Source: Escherichia coli O127:H6 str. E2348/69 (GTDB taxonomy: Bacteria > Pseudomonadota > Gammaproteobacteria > Enterobacterales > Enterobacteriaceae). Taken from it: 64,000 bases of DNA. The DNA lies in NCBI RefSeq assembly GCF_000026545.1, contig NC_011601.1. One strand, written 5' to 3'. Shown here piece after piece: positions 29,778 to 45,570 of the stretch (position 1 is its first letter; every line of letters starts with the position of its first letter). The translations under genes and the position numbers were made by a program. Under the pieces are notes generated by a model. That model did not search any database. It was not told the origin of the DNA and was given only the letters and a program-made list of their open reading frames with translations.

Positions 29778-30707
29778 TTAAATGGCTGATTTTCCGTCAT
29801 CAGATTTTGCATAAACACCGGCGATCGCACTATTTGCTAAAATTTCATCTCGCCACCAGCCGCTGGCAAGCCCTGCGGTCTGTTCATTCCAGCCAATCCA
29901 GACGGGTTCAAAGAGAGTTTGGGCGACCACTTTCTTCTCGATTAACGCGCCACTATCGAGAAAACGTTGCGCCAGATACCGTGGTAAATAGCCGCAGCCA
30001 AGGCCGCTAATTTGCAGGTCCAGCTTGGTTTTAAAATCGAAAACGGTAATGGCTTCTTGTTCGTCGAGAAGTTGTGAGGCCGTAGAAACGCCTGCCTGCG
30101 CAGTGTCCCCCACCACAATCGCCCGATATCGTTTAATGATACGACGGTTTAACGGTTCTTCTTCCTGGGCTAACGGATGATGAGGCGCGACCGCAAAGAC
30201 TTGTTCAAGATCGCCCAACCGCGAGAAACCAAACTCACTGGAAGATGGTGGCTCATGCATCGCGCCAACGATAATATCCGCTCGCCCCTGAGTCAGGGCA
30301 TCCCAGGAACCACCGAGTACGCCATTGATAAACTTCAGGCGCGTCACGCTATGATGTTGATAAAAAGCTTCAATGAGAGGCGCAAGCAGAGAAAAAGGAA
30401 ACGTGTCGTCCACGCCAATCACCAGCTCGTTTTCCCAGCCTTCATGCAGTTTGATCGCCTGCTTTTCCAGTTCTCGCACGGTATGCAGAACTTCCCGCCC
30501 TTTCTCTAATAACATTTTTCCGGTACGGGTGAATTTAGCGCGGTGTCCGCTACGATCAAGCAATTGAATATTAAGGTCGCTTTCCAGCTTGTGAACGGTG
30601 TAACTCAGAGTGGACGGCGTCTTGTAGAGTTTGGCTGACGCCGCCGCAAAACTGCCTTCTTTTTCTAAGGCATCGAGGATCATCAACACATCCAGCAGTG
30701 GTTTCAT
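29778..30707 (-). CDS. yeeY: LysR-family transcriptional regulator YeeY (309 aa)
   Basis: Start placed at MKPLLDVLMILDALEKEGSFAAASAKL (LysR HTH); ORF-track start at 30728 is a 7-codon extension. Confidence 0.9.
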   Translation of the reverse strand: MKPLLDVLMILDALEKEGSFAAASAKLYKTPSTLSYTVHKLESDLNIQLLDRSGHRAKFTRTGKMLLEKGREVLHTVRELEKQAIKLHEGWENELVIGVDDTFPFSLLAPLIEAFYQHHSVTRLKFINGVLGGSWDALTQGRADIIVGAMHEPPSSSEFGFSRLGDLEQVFAVAPHHPLAQEEEPLNRRIIKRYRAIVVGDTAQAGVSTASQLLDEQEAITVFDFKTKLDLQISGLGCGYLPRYLAQRFLDSGALIEKKVVAQTLFEPVWIGWNEQTAGLASGWWRDEILANSAIAGVYAKSDDGKSAI

Positions 30708-30752
30708 ACACGCCCCCTTGCAGTGCACGCGGCGTCCTGCTGGCGTGATCGT

Positions 30753-31577
30753 TTACTCCAGCGGCATTACCAGCGGATCGGGATACTGGTATTCAAATCC
30801 CAGTTCATTACAAATCCGACTGCCATCAATAATCTTACCTTTGCCGCTGTCCAGACTATTTCTGAACTGCGGAGGTTCCAGCCCCAGTAAACGGGCCATC
30901 TGCGGATAGAAAACATTACGCGCAGGGTGAGCTGGCGCACATATATTATAGATGTGTCCGCCTTTAGGTGCCTGTAACAACAGAGTGATAGCGCCAATAA
31001 CATCTTCTAAATGGACTAAATTAACACCATGTTCACCATCAGGGGCGGTTTTTCCGGCAAAGAAGCGTCCGGGATGACGTCCCGGTCCGACCAGGCCCGC
31101 AAGACGCAGAATATCGACCGAAGTACCGGGTAAATTGTGCAGCCAGTCTTCGAGTTCTTCTAATACTCGTCCACTGTTGGTTACCGGATTACGCGGGGTA
31201 GTTTCTTTCACCGTGCCTTGCGCGTCGCCATAGACAGATGTTGAGCTGGTAAAAATAATTCGGGGAATACGATGGGCCAGCGCGCTATCCACTAACTCTT
31301 GTACCGCTTGTAAATAGAACTCATCGCCGGGGCCGCTACGACGTGCCGGAAGCGTAATGACCAGCGCATCGGCATCCATCAGGGCATCCAGATCGTCAGA
31401 ATCGCAAACTAACTCAGGCTCCATGCGAAGCAGATAGCTATCAATGCCACTCATTCGGGCCGCTTCGACACCATCTTGTGTGGTTTTACTCCCGGTGACT
31501 TGCCAGCCTCGCGCTGAAAGTGACATCGCCAGCGGCATACCTAACCACCCTAACCCGACAATTGCGACCTTTTTCAT
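30753..31577 (-). CDS. yeeZ: NAD(P)-binding Rossmann-fold protein YeeZ (274 aa)
   Basis: N-terminal MKKVAIVGLGWLGMPLA Rossmann motif; size and synteny. Confidence 0.9.
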   Translation of the reverse strand: MKKVAIVGLGWLGMPLAMSLSARGWQVTGSKTTQDGVEAARMSGIDSYLLRMEPELVCDSDDLDALMDADALVITLPARRSGPGDEFYLQAVQELVDSALAHRIPRIIFTSSTSVYGDAQGTVKETTPRNPVTNSGRVLEELEDWLHNLPGTSVDILRLAGLVGPGRHPGRFFAGKTAPDGEHGVNLVHLEDVIGAITLLLQAPKGGHIYNICAPAHPARNVFYPQMARLLGLEPPQFRNSLDSGKGKIIDGSRICNELGFEYQYPDPLVMPLE

Positions 31578-31659
31578 CCGTTATCTCCTGATACACCTTA
31601 GATCTATAAGGCTACGCTAGCGTATCAAAACTGACAATTCATTCTATGAATGAATCTGT

Positions 31660-31914
31660 TCAATAATGATAACGACATGCTGCAATGAGCAGTGAATCAT
31701 CAGTAACCGCGTATACCAGACGGTGCTCCTCTGTAATGCGTCGGGACCAGAAACCTGACAAATTATGTTTCAGGGGTTCTGGTTTCCCCTTACCTTCAAA
31801 TGGTGTTCTGCGGGTATCTTTGATAAGTTCATTGATCTTTTTAACAATTCGCTTATCTGTTTCCTGCCAGTACAGATAATCATCCCATGATTCCTCAGAC
31901 CAGATTAGTTTCAC
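31660..31914 (-). CDS. yoeB: type II toxin YoeB (RelE-fold mRNA interferase, 84 aa)
   Basis: [68 protein letters not shown]; overlaps yefM by 4 nt. Confidence 0.95.
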
Positions 31915-32162
31915 TCAATAATGTCCTTTTCCGTTCCTTTGCCTGATTTCAGGCTATCGATTGAGTCCATCAATCTCCGGGCGTTAGCGGGGGAACGCAG
32001 TAGATAAGCCGTCTCTTCCAGCGAGTTGTATTCTTCGAGTGACATCAGAACACAAGCCTCTCCATTCTGACGAGTAATGAGGATCGGGGCATGATCTTCA
32101 ACGGCTTTCATCATTGTTGCCGACAAATTCTGACGCGCTTCGCTGTAGCTAATTGTACGCAT
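31911..32162 (-). CDS. yefM: type II antitoxin YefM (Phd/YefM family, 83 aa)
   Basis: Start placed at [41 protein letters not shown] (plus 32160-32162 = cat). Confidence 0.95.
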
Positions 32163-32178
32163 GTAAATCTCCTCTTTT

Positions 32179-32195
32179 GTACAGTTCATTGTACA
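32179..32195 (-). promoter_or_regulatory. yefM-yoeB operator: two TGTACA hexamers spaced 11 bp centre to centre
   Basis: TGTACAGTTCATTGTACA lies 17-33 nt upstream of the yefM start; the YefM-YoeB complex is known to autoregulate through TGTACA palindromes. Confidence 0.7.
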
Positions 32196-32376
32196 ATGAT
32201 GGGTGTTAATTAACTATTTATTAATTAGTTTGTAGATCAAGACATTGTCAGCGAGACGAAAAATCAGGCTTTGCTCTTTTTGGTGCTGTCAAGTAAGAGG
32301 ACAGTCCTCTTAGCCCCCTCCTTTCCCCGCTCATTCATTAAACAAATCCATCGCCATAAAATATATAAAAAACCCC

Positions 32377-32406
32377 TTGCTTTCTAACGTGAAAGTGGTT
32401 TAGGTT
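32377..32406 (+). promoter_or_regulatory. his operon primary promoter (-35 TTGCTT, -10 TAGGTT)
   Basis: TTGCTTTCTAACGTGAAAGTGGTTTAGGTTAAAAGACATCAG lies about 40 nt upstream of hisL; matches the his promoter as recalled. Confidence 0.65.
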
Positions 32407-32444
32407 AAAAGACATCAGTTGAATAAACATTCACAGAGATTTTT

Positions 32445-32495
32445 ATGACACGCGTTCAATTTAAACACCACCATCATCACCATCATCCTGACTAG
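32445..32495 (+). CDS. hisL: his operon leader peptide HisL (MTRVQFKHHHHHHHPD)
   Basis: 16-codon ORF with seven consecutive His codons, followed by the attenuator. Confidence 0.95.
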   Translation: MTRVQFKHHHHHHHPD

Positions 32496-32558
32496 TCTTT
32501 CAGGCGATGTGTGCTGGAAGACATTCAGATCTTCCAGTGGTGCATGAACGCATGGGAA

Positions 32559-32592
32559 AGCCCCCGGAAGATCACCTTCCGGGGGCTTTTTT
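32559..32592 (+). terminator. his attenuator terminator hairpin
   Basis: AGCCCCCGGAAGATCACCTTCCGGGGGCTTTTTT: 12-bp GC-rich stem plus a T-run between hisL and hisG. Confidence 0.9.
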
Positions 32593-32640
32593 ATTGCGCG
32601 GTTGTTAACGGTTCAGACAGGTTTAAAGAGGAATAAGAAA

Positions 32641-33540
32641 ATGACAGACAACACTCGTTTACGCATAGCTATGCAGAAATCCGGCCGTTTAAGTGATGAC
32701 TCACGCGAATTACTGGCGCGCTGTGGCATTAAAATCAATCTTCACACCCAGCGCCTGATCGCGATGGCAGAAAACATGCCGATTGATATTCTGCGCGTGC
32801 GTGACGATGACATTCCCGGTCTGGTGATGGACGGCGTGGTAGACCTTGGGATTATCGGCGAAAACGTGCTGGAAGAAGAGCTGCTTAACCGCCGCGCCCA
32901 GGGTGAAGATCCGCGCTACTTTACCCTGCGTCGTCTGGATTTCGGCGGCTGCCGCCTTTCGCTGGCAACGCCGGTTGATGAAGCCTGGGATGGCCCGCTC
33001 TCCTTAAATGGTAAACGTATCGCCACCTCTTATCCTCACCTGCTCAAGCGTTATCTCGACCAGAAAGGTATCTCTTTTAAATCCTGCTTACTGAACGGTT
33101 CTGTCGAAGTTGCGCCGCGTGCCGGACTGGCGGATGCGATTTGCGATCTGGTTTCCACCGGTGCCACGCTGGAAGCTAATGGCCTGCGCGAAGTCGAAGT
33201 TATCTACCGCTCGAAAGCCTGCCTGATCCAGCGCGATGGCGAAATGGAAGAATCCAAACAGCAACTGATCGACAAACTGCTGACCCGTATTCAGGGTGTT
33301 ATCCAGGCGCGCGAATCAAAATACATCATGATGCACGCACCGACCGAACGCCTGGATGAAGTCATCGCCCTGCTGCCAGGTGCCGAACGCCCAACTATTC
33401 TACCGCTGGCGGGTGATCAACAGCGCGTAGCGATGCACATGGTCAGTAGCGAAACCCTGTTCTGGGAAACGATGGAAAAACTGAAAGCGCTGGGTGCCAG
33501 TTCAATCCTGGTCCTGCCGATTGAGAAGATGATGGAGTGA
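32641..33540 (+). CDS. hisG: ATP phosphoribosyltransferase HisG (299 aa)
   Basis: Start placed at [23 protein letters not shown]-track start at 32602 would include the attenuator region. Confidence 0.95.
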
Positions 33541-33545
33541 TCGCT

Positions 33546-35916
<2,371 letters not shown>

Positions 35917-35917
<1 letters not shown>

Positions 35918-36983
35918 TGAGTCAGAAGTATCTTTTTATCGATCGCGATGGAACCCTGATTAGCGAACCGCCGAGTGATTTTCAGGTGGACCGTTTTGAC
36001 AAACTCGCCTTTGAACCTGGCGTGATCCCGGAGCTGCTGAGGCTGCAAAAAGCGGGCTACAAGCTGGTGATGATCACTAATCAGGATGGTCTTGGAACAC
36101 AAAGTTTCCCGCAGGCGGATTTCGAAGGCCCGCACAACCTGATGATGCAGATCTTCACCTCGCAAGGCGTGCTGTTTGATGAAGTGCTGATTTGTCCGCA
36201 CCTGCCCGCCGATGAGTGCGACTGCCGTAAGCCGAAAGTAAAACTGGTGGAGCGTTATCTGGCTGAACAAGCGATGGATCGCGCCAACAGTTATGTGATT
36301 GGCGATCGCGCGACCGACATTCAACTGGCGGAAAACATGGGCATTAATGGTTTACGCTACGACCGCGAAGCCCTGAACTGGCCGATGATTGGTGAGCAAC
36401 TCACTAAACGAGACCGTTACGCCCATGTAGTGCGCAACACCAAAGAGACGCAAATTGACGTCCAGGTGTGGCTGGATCGCGAGGGTGGCAGCAAGATTAA
36501 CACCGGCGTTGGCTTCTTTGATCACATGCTGGATCAGATCGCCACCCATGGCGGTTTCCGTATGGAAATCAACGTCAAAGGCGACCTCTATATCGACGAT
36601 CACCACACCGTCGAAGATACCGGCCTGGCGCTGGGCGAAGCGTTAAAAATTGCCCTTGGCGACAAACGCGGTATTTGCCGCTTTGGTTTTGTGCTGCCGA
36701 TGGACGAATGCCTTGCCCGCTGCGCGCTGGATATCTCTGGTCGCCCGCACCTGGAATATAAAGCTGAATTTACCTACCAGCGCGTGGGCGATCTCAGCAC
36801 CGAGATGATCGAGCACTTCTTCCGTTCGCTTTCATACACCATGGGCGTGACGCTACACCTGAAAACCAAAGGTAAAAACGATCACCACCGTGTAGAGAGC
36901 CTGTTCAAAGCGTTTGGCCGCACCCTGCGCCAGGCCATCCGCGTGGAAGGCGACACCCTGCCCTCGTCGAAAGGAGTGCTGTA

Positions 36984-36984
<1 letters not shown>
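35917..36984 (+). CDS. hisB: bifunctional histidinol-phosphatase / imidazoleglycerol-phosphate dehydratase HisB (355 aa)
   Basis: ATG at 35917 overlaps the hisC stop (TGATG); N-terminus [15 protein letters not shown] (HAD motif). Confidence 0.95.
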
Positions 36985-39062
<2,078 letters not shown>

Positions 39063-39069
<7 letters not shown>

Positions 39070-39674
39070 CAGAACAACAACGTCGCGAACTGGACTGGGA
39101 AAAAACCGACGGACTGATGCCGGTGATTGTGCAACACGCGGTATCTGGCGAAGTGCTAATGCTGGGCTATATGAACCCGGAAGCTCTGGACAAAACCATC
39201 GAAAGCGGCAAAGTCACCTTCTTCTCGCGCACTAAACAGCGACTGTGGACCAAAGGCGAAACGTCGGGTAATTTCCTCAACGTAGTAAATATTGCGCCGG
39301 ACTGCGACAACGACACGTTACTGGTGCTGGCGAATCCCATCGGGCCAACCTGCCACAAAGGCACCAGCAGCTGCTTCGGCGATACCGCTCACCAGTGGCT
39401 GTTCCTGTATCAACTGGAACAACTGCTCGCGGAACGTAAATCCGCCGACCCGGAAACCTCCTACACCGCCAAACTGTATGCCAGCGGCACCAAACGCATT
39501 GCGCAGAAAGTGGGTGAAGAAGGCGTTGAAACCGCACTGGCAGCAACGGTACATGACCGCTTTGAGCTGACCAACGAGGCATCTGACTTGATGTATCACC
39601 TGCTGGTGTTGTTGCAGGATCAGGATCTGGATTTAACAACGGTAATTGAGAACCTGCGTAAACGGCATCAGTGA
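39063..39674 (+). CDS. hisI: bifunctional phosphoribosyl-AMP cyclohydrolase / phosphoribosyl-ATP pyrophosphatase HisI (HisIE, 203 aa)
   Basis: Size and order; last his gene. Confidence 0.95.
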
Positions 39675-39769
39675 GTGGCGTGCTGAGCAGGTGTGATGTT
39701 GTTGCCACACCCGGAGCCATTGCCCGATGCGCAAGCTTATCGTGCCTACACATTATCTCAACACACGTA

Positions 39770-39802
39770 GGCCGGATAAGATGCGCCAGCATCGCATCCG
39801 GC
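39770..39802. repeat. REP (repetitive extragenic palindromic) element
   Basis: GCCGGATAAGATGCGCCAGCATCGCATCCGGC, a typical REP-like imperfect palindrome in the his-wzzB intergenic region. Confidence 0.65.
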
Positions 39803-39844
39803 AAAAAAAACGGGCATGGTGTCACCACCCTGCCCGTTTCTCTT
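39803..39844. terminator. terminator hairpin shared by the his operon (+) and wzzB (-)
   Basis: AAAAAAAACGGGCA…TGCCCGTTTCTCTT: stem CGGGCA/TGCCCG flanked by an A-run and a T-rich run. Confidence 0.7.
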
Positions 39845-39859
39845 AAATGCACAATAATA

Positions 39860-40840
39860 TTATTTCGCGTTGTAATTACGCAGCGCGTTACGCCCAAGCA
39901 CAATCCCCGCGCCAACCATGCCGCCCAGCAGCACAGCCAGAATCAAGGTAATTGCTTTCTTCGGGCTATCGCGACGAATAGGTAACGTCGGTTTCATTAC
40001 ATAGCGGTAAGCATGAATATCAAGTTTATCAACGTCAAGATTGTCGATATCCAGCAGGTTTTGACGAGTCTGATAGTAGTTTGATGAGAACACCAACGGA
40101 CGGGTCGCTTCGTGCTTAATCATCGACTCCAGCGCTTCGCTCCCCAAAAGGAACATAGTATCCTGGGTTACGTCCTGTGTCTGTTGAATCTGCGGCTTTG
40201 TCACCTGCGCCTGATTCGCATACTGCAACGCTTCCTGAATCTGACGGATACGCAGATCTTTCTGTTCTTGAGCGACCACTTCCTGCGTCTTCAGAGAATC
40301 CTGCAAGTTTTTCATTTGCAGCGCGATGTTGTCTTTCAGGTCTTGTTCCAGTTCTTCATTTACCCAGTCGTCAACTTGCTGGATATACTTCGCCAGCTGC
40401 TTCTGCGCACCTTCAGGTGTTTTACCGACATAAGAAACCGCTAAAGGTAATGACTGATTTTTAACGGTAGGCTCAATGGTCAGTTTTTCAGGTTCTTCCT
40501 GATTATCCAGCGTTTCTGCTAATGCAGAAAATGTCGTGCTGAAACGACCAATTAACATCGACTGGATCTCAGACACTTTCGGCGCTGCCGAACCATAAAT
40601 CACATTTATGGCATTGTTATAACCAGCGATTTGTCCCACATCAGGTTGAGTAACGATAGCTGTTGAAGTCCACTTTTCTTTGGCAACGGCCAGATACCCT
40701 ATAGCCAGGGCAATAGCCACAATGACAGAAATGATGATAGTCATCTTGCCGCGCCATAGTTGGACCAGTAAATCAATCAAATCAATCTGTTCCGGATCAT
40801 GGTTTTGCCCAGAAACATTATTATTTTCTACTCTCATCAT
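39860..40840 (-). CDS. wzzB: O-antigen chain-length determinant WzzB (polysaccharide co-polymerase 1)
   Basis: Start placed at MMRVENNNVSGQNHDPEQIDLIDLLVQLWRGK; two TM segments flank a large periplasmic coiled-coil domain; ORF-track start at 40894 is an extension. Confidence 0.9.
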   Translation of the reverse strand: MMRVENNNVSGQNHDPEQIDLIDLLVQLWRGKMTIIISVIVAIALAIGYLAVAKEKWTSTAIVTQPDVGQIAGYNNAINVIYGSAAPKVSEIQSMLIGRFSTTFSALAETLDNQEEPEKLTIEPTVKNQSLPLAVSYVGKTPEGAQKQLAKYIQQVDDWVNEELEQDLKDNIALQMKNLQDSLKTQEVVAQEQKDLRIRQIQEALQYANQAQVTKPQIQQTQDVTQDTMFLLGSEALESMIKHEATRPLVFSSNYYQTRQNLLDIDNLDVDKLDIHAYRYVMKPTLPIRRDSPKKAITLILAVLLGGMVGAGIVLGRNALRNYNAK

Positions 40841-40983
40841 TACCCTAACGGACGAAATAATTTTAAGTCGCCATAGTTTAGCGATAATCGCCATGAATGC
40901 TATAGGATAAATGATAAAAACAATGAATTATTACAAAGGGAACATGAGAGAATCAGGGCGAAAATCGCCCTGATAACAGGATG

Positions 40984-42159
<1,176 letters not shown>

Positions 42160-42293
42160 TCAGAATTAACTTAACTGTGAATCATGATGTTTTTAGCATC
42201 CTGATAAGAGCTAAAAGTTTTAACGCTACGTTGTTCGATGGTCAACGCAACGAAAAACAATTCAGATTTTCTTTATAAGAATAGCTGATATTT

Positions 42294-42310
42294 ATTAAGT
42301 TAATATTAAG
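42294..42310 (-). promoter_or_regulatory. candidate PmrA/BasR box (CTTAAT-N5-CTTAAT) upstream of ugd
   Basis: Minus strand reads CTTAATATTAACTTAAT, about 145 nt upstream of the ugd start; ugd (pmrE) is a known PmrA target. Confidence 0.5.
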
Positions 42311-42340
42311 CAGTGAAATTTAGTCTATAAGATAATTGGC

Positions 42341-42371
42341 AAAAAAAAGCCCGGTGCAATATACGCCGGGC
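42341..42371 (-). terminator. rho-independent terminator of gnd
   Basis: Minus strand reads GCCCGGCGTATATTGCACCGGGC followed by TTTTTTTT, 28 nt after the gnd stop. Confidence 0.85.
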
Positions 42372-42398
42372 CTCAATTTTATTGTTGGTTAAATCAGA

Positions 42399-43805
42399 TT
42401 AATCCAGCCATTCAGTATGGAACACACCTTCTTTATCAATGCGCTTATAAGTATGCGCACCGAAATAGTCACGCTGTGCCTGGATCAGGTTCGCAGGCAG
42501 AACAGCGGCACGGTAGCTATCGTAATAGGCAACCGCAGCAGCGAAGGTCGGAACCGGGATACCGTTCTGTACTGCATAAGCAACGACATCACGCAGCGCC
42601 TGCTGGTAGTCATCGGCAATTTGCTTGAAGTACGGAGCCAGCAGCAGGTTAGCGATCTGCGGATTTTCGGCATAAGCATCGGTGATTTTCTGCAGGAACT
42701 GCGCACGGATAATGCAGCCAGCACGGAAAATCTTCGCGATTTCGCCGTAGTTCAGATCCCAGTTGTACTCTTCAGACGCCGCACGCAGCTGAGAGAAGCC
42801 CTGAGCGTAAGAAACGATTTTGCCCAGATACAGCGCACGACGAACTTTCTCGATGAACTCACCTTTGTCGCCAGCTGGCTGCGCTTGCGGGCCAGAGAGA
42901 ACTTTAGATGCGGCAACACGCTGCTCTTTCAGAGAAGAGATATAACGTGCAAACACAGACTCGGTAATCAGCGACAGCGGTTCGCCGAGATCCAGCGCGC
43001 TCTGGCTGGTCCATTTACCGGTACCTTTGTTAGCCGCTTCATCCAGGATCACATCAACCAGGTAGTTACCGTCTTCATCTTTTTTAGTGAAGATGTCTTT
43101 GGTGATGTCGATCAGGTAGCTGCTCAGTTCACCGTTATTCCACTCGGTAAAGGTCTGTGCCAGTTCTTCGTTAGAGAGATTCAGGCCACCTTTAAGCAGA
43201 GAATAGGCTTCAGCAATCAGCTGCATATCACCGTATTCAATACCGTTGTGAACCATCTTCACATAGTGACCTGCGCCATCGGCACCAATATAGGTAACGC
43301 ATGGCTCACCGTCTTCAGCTACTGCGGCGATTTTGGTCAGGATCGGAGCAACCAGTTCATAGGCTTCTTTCTGGCCACCAGGCATAATGGAAGGACCTTT
43401 CAGCGCGCCCTCTTCACCACCGGAAACACCGGTACCGATGAAGTTAAAGCCTTCGGCAGAAAGCTCACGGTTACGGCGAATGGTGTCCTGGAAGAATGTA
43501 TTACCACCATCAATGATGATGTCACCTTTATCGAGGTACGGCTTGATGGAATCAATAGCAGCATCCGTGCCAGCACCTGCTTTCACCATTAACAGGATGC
43601 GACGAGGCGTTTCCAGAGATTCAACAAACTCTTTCACCGTATAGTAAGGAACCAGTTTCTTGCCTGGATTTTCGGCAATCACTTCTTCCGTCTTTTCACG
43701 GGAACGGTTGAAAATAGAGACGGTATAACCACGGCTTTCGATGTTGAGCGCAAGGTTGCGCCCCATCACTGCCATACCGACTACGCCGATCTGTTGCTTT
43801 GACAT
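42399..43805 (-). CDS. gnd: 6-phosphogluconate dehydrogenase (decarboxylating) Gnd (468 aa)
   Basis: [35 protein letters not shown]; 468 aa; flanks the O-antigen cluster as usual. Confidence 0.95.
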   Translation of the reverse strand: MSKQQIGVVGMAVMGRNLALNIESRGYTVSIFNRSREKTEEVIAENPGKKLVPYYTVKEFVESLETPRRILLMVKAGAGTDAAIDSIKPYLDKGDIIIDGGNTFFQDTIRRNRELSAEGFNFIGTGVSGGEEGALKGPSIMPGGQKEAYELVAPILTKIAAVAEDGEPCVTYIGADGAGHYVKMVHNGIEYGDMQLIAEAYSLLKGGLNLSNEELAQTFTEWNNGELSSYLIDITKDIFTKKDEDGNYLVDVILDEAANKGTGKWTSQSALDLGEPLSLITESVFARYISSLKEQRVAASKVLSGPQAQPAGDKGEFIEKVRRALYLGKIVSYAQGFSQLRAASEEYNWDLNYGEIAKIFRAGCIIRAQFLQKITDAYAENPQIANLLLAPYFKQIADDYQQALRDVVAYAVQNGIPVPTFAAAVAYYDSYRAAVLPANLIQAQRDYFGAHTYKRIDKEGVFHTEWLD

Positions 43806-43925
43806 TGTTTACTCCTGTCAGGGGTGGTTACCGCCAAGTGTGCGGCTTGGATATGATGCAGATGTTAATATAAATACAGGTAAATCTCACATGTAATGTC
43901 AATGAGAATTGAAACAATGAAAACT

Positions 43926-44825
43926 CTACATTGCTATCCAGTTTTCATTTTTAAGAGAGCATTCATTTCCGGATATGTACCATTGTTTAGGCGCGATGAC
44001 TAGCTTATCTTCTGACCTGTTTAGCCATGCCCCCCACCAACTATATGTGCTGTTTGCAATAATATTATTATTACACAATGACATTAAATACATATCAATT
44101 ACACTAAATTTGTTTTCATCAGCATCAGCAACCAAGCAATTGCTATATTTTGAGAATTTTTCCTTTGCCCATATGACATCATCTGTAAAGATTATAAATG
44201 TCTGAGAGCCACATTCACTTTCAATGTATTCCATTGCACTAATATAATAATCCATACTTAGAGTGCCGTGAAATTTTGCAGCATGTTTATTATTTACATA
44301 ATCTCCACGTCGCACATGAATTGACGTTATATTCTTAGAGTCAGTAATTAAGGAATATATTTGTAGGTTATGACATAACACGCGAAGATCATCACGTATT
44401 TCAAAAAGGGGCAAAATTAAATCCCTATGTTCATTTAATAATTTAGAATCTTGGTAAAATGAGAATAGACACGCAACATCAATGTTTTTAATTGATTCCG
44501 GATTGTAATAAGAAGCATCATTTAATGAATATTTATTACACAGTTTAATTGCAGTGAACTGAAGAAAACTGTTAAGCAGTGGTATTTTTTTATGTTTCCT
44601 CAAACGATTTATTTTTACTTTTTCATCTTTAGAACTAAACCTATCAAAAATAATTTTAAATTGATCAAGCTCAAGATGTCGTATAGTATCTTTTTGAGGC
44701 TGGTTGAAATAATAACTATCATCAAGCACTAATATAGTATCAGGAAAATGTTGCTTAAGGATATAGGCTGCAGCATATTGGAACATTTGATTACCTAACC
44801 CACCGGATAGACAGCAATACATCAT
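43926..44825 (-). CDS. alpha-1,2-fucosyltransferase (glycosyltransferase family 11)
   Basis: GT11 signature motifs GGLGNQMFQYA near the N-terminus and HVRRGDY; last gene of the O-antigen cluster next to gnd; low GC. Confidence 0.8.
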   Translation of the reverse strand: MMYCCLSGGLGNQMFQYAAAYILKQHFPDTILVLDDSYYFNQPQKDTIRHLELDQFKIIFDRFSSKDEKVKINRLRKHKKIPLLNSFLQFTAIKLCNKYSLNDASYYNPESIKNIDVACLFSFYQDSKLLNEHRDLILPLFEIRDDLRVLCHNLQIYSLITDSKNITSIHVRRGDYVNNKHAAKFHGTLSMDYYISAMEYIESECGSQTFIIFTDDVIWAKEKFSKYSNCLVADADENKFSVIDMYLMSLCNNNIIANSTYSWWGAWLNRSEDKLVIAPKQWYISGNECSLKNENWIAM

Positions 44826-44832
44826 TAAGTCC

Positions 44833-45570
44833 TTATTTAACTAATGCTTTAATAAAATGATATGTACAAGAAAGAAAACTCATTATACTTTTCTTTTTAA
44901 GAAATTCTCGCAAAGAATACCCAGCACATTCATAATATGCCAGTTTAGACTTCTGTGTTGAATTTGAGTGAACACGGTAATTTAACAAAGGCTCTTCCAT
45001 ATTATCCCAACGTGGTTTTAAGCTTCGCATTCTTAACCACAAATCATAATCTTCAGAGTTAAAACCACCATTATACCCTCTTGTTTTAAGAAACAAATCT
45101 TTTCTGAACATTATTGAAGGATGTGCGAAACAGTTTCGAAACATTATATATCTATTTATTAATTTTTGTCTGGGGTAAAGCCTTACACCTAAAAAACCAT
45201 CATTTTCATCAATTAGATTTATTGAGGTTCCAATTAAATCAAGTTCATTATCTATAAGATATTTAATTTGCTTTTGAAGTCGGTTAGGTAAGGCTATGTC
45301 ATCAGAATCCATCCTCGCGATGATATCATATTTAGCTTTGGATATTGCCAAATTTAAAGAAAAAGCCAATTGCCCTATATTGGTTTCAATAATATTAACA
45401 TTCTCTGTTTGTTTTATGTTATTTTTTAAGACACGGGCAATGTCACTGGCTTCATTGCCATTAGCAACAATTATTAACTCATATTTTTTATAAGTTTGAT
45501 TCAATATGCTATTTATCGCAGGCATTACATATGAATCATATTTATTTATACACATAATTACAGAAATCAT
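44833..45570 (-). CDS. glycosyltransferase family 2 (O-antigen)
   Basis: GT-A N-terminal domain with DxD-type motif (MDSDDIALPNRL); 245 aa. Confidence 0.75.
   Translation of the reverse strand: MISVIMCINKYDSYVMPAINSILNQTYKKYELIIVANGNEASDIARVLKNNIKQTENVNIIETNIGQLAFSLNLAISKAKYDIIARMDSDDIALPNRLQKQIKYLIDNELDLIGTSINLIDENDGFLGVRLYPRQKLINRYIMFRNCFAHPSIMFRKDLFLKTRGYNGGFNSEDYDLWLRMRSLKPRWDNMEEPLLNYRVHSNSTQKSKLAYYECAGYSLREFLKKKSIMSFLSCTYHFIKALVK

Noticed and set aside
32466..32486. Short tandem CAC/CAT repeat
   Set aside because: It is the run of seven His codons in the hisL leader peptide, not a CRISPR array or microsatellite of independent significance; no CRISPR-like repeat-spacer structure was found anywhere in the window.
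42417..43592. 391-aa plus-strand ORF in the six-frame track
   Set aside because: Lies entirely antisense to gnd, whose minus-strand product is an unmistakable full-length 6-phosphogluconate dehydrogenase; no start context; shadow ORF.
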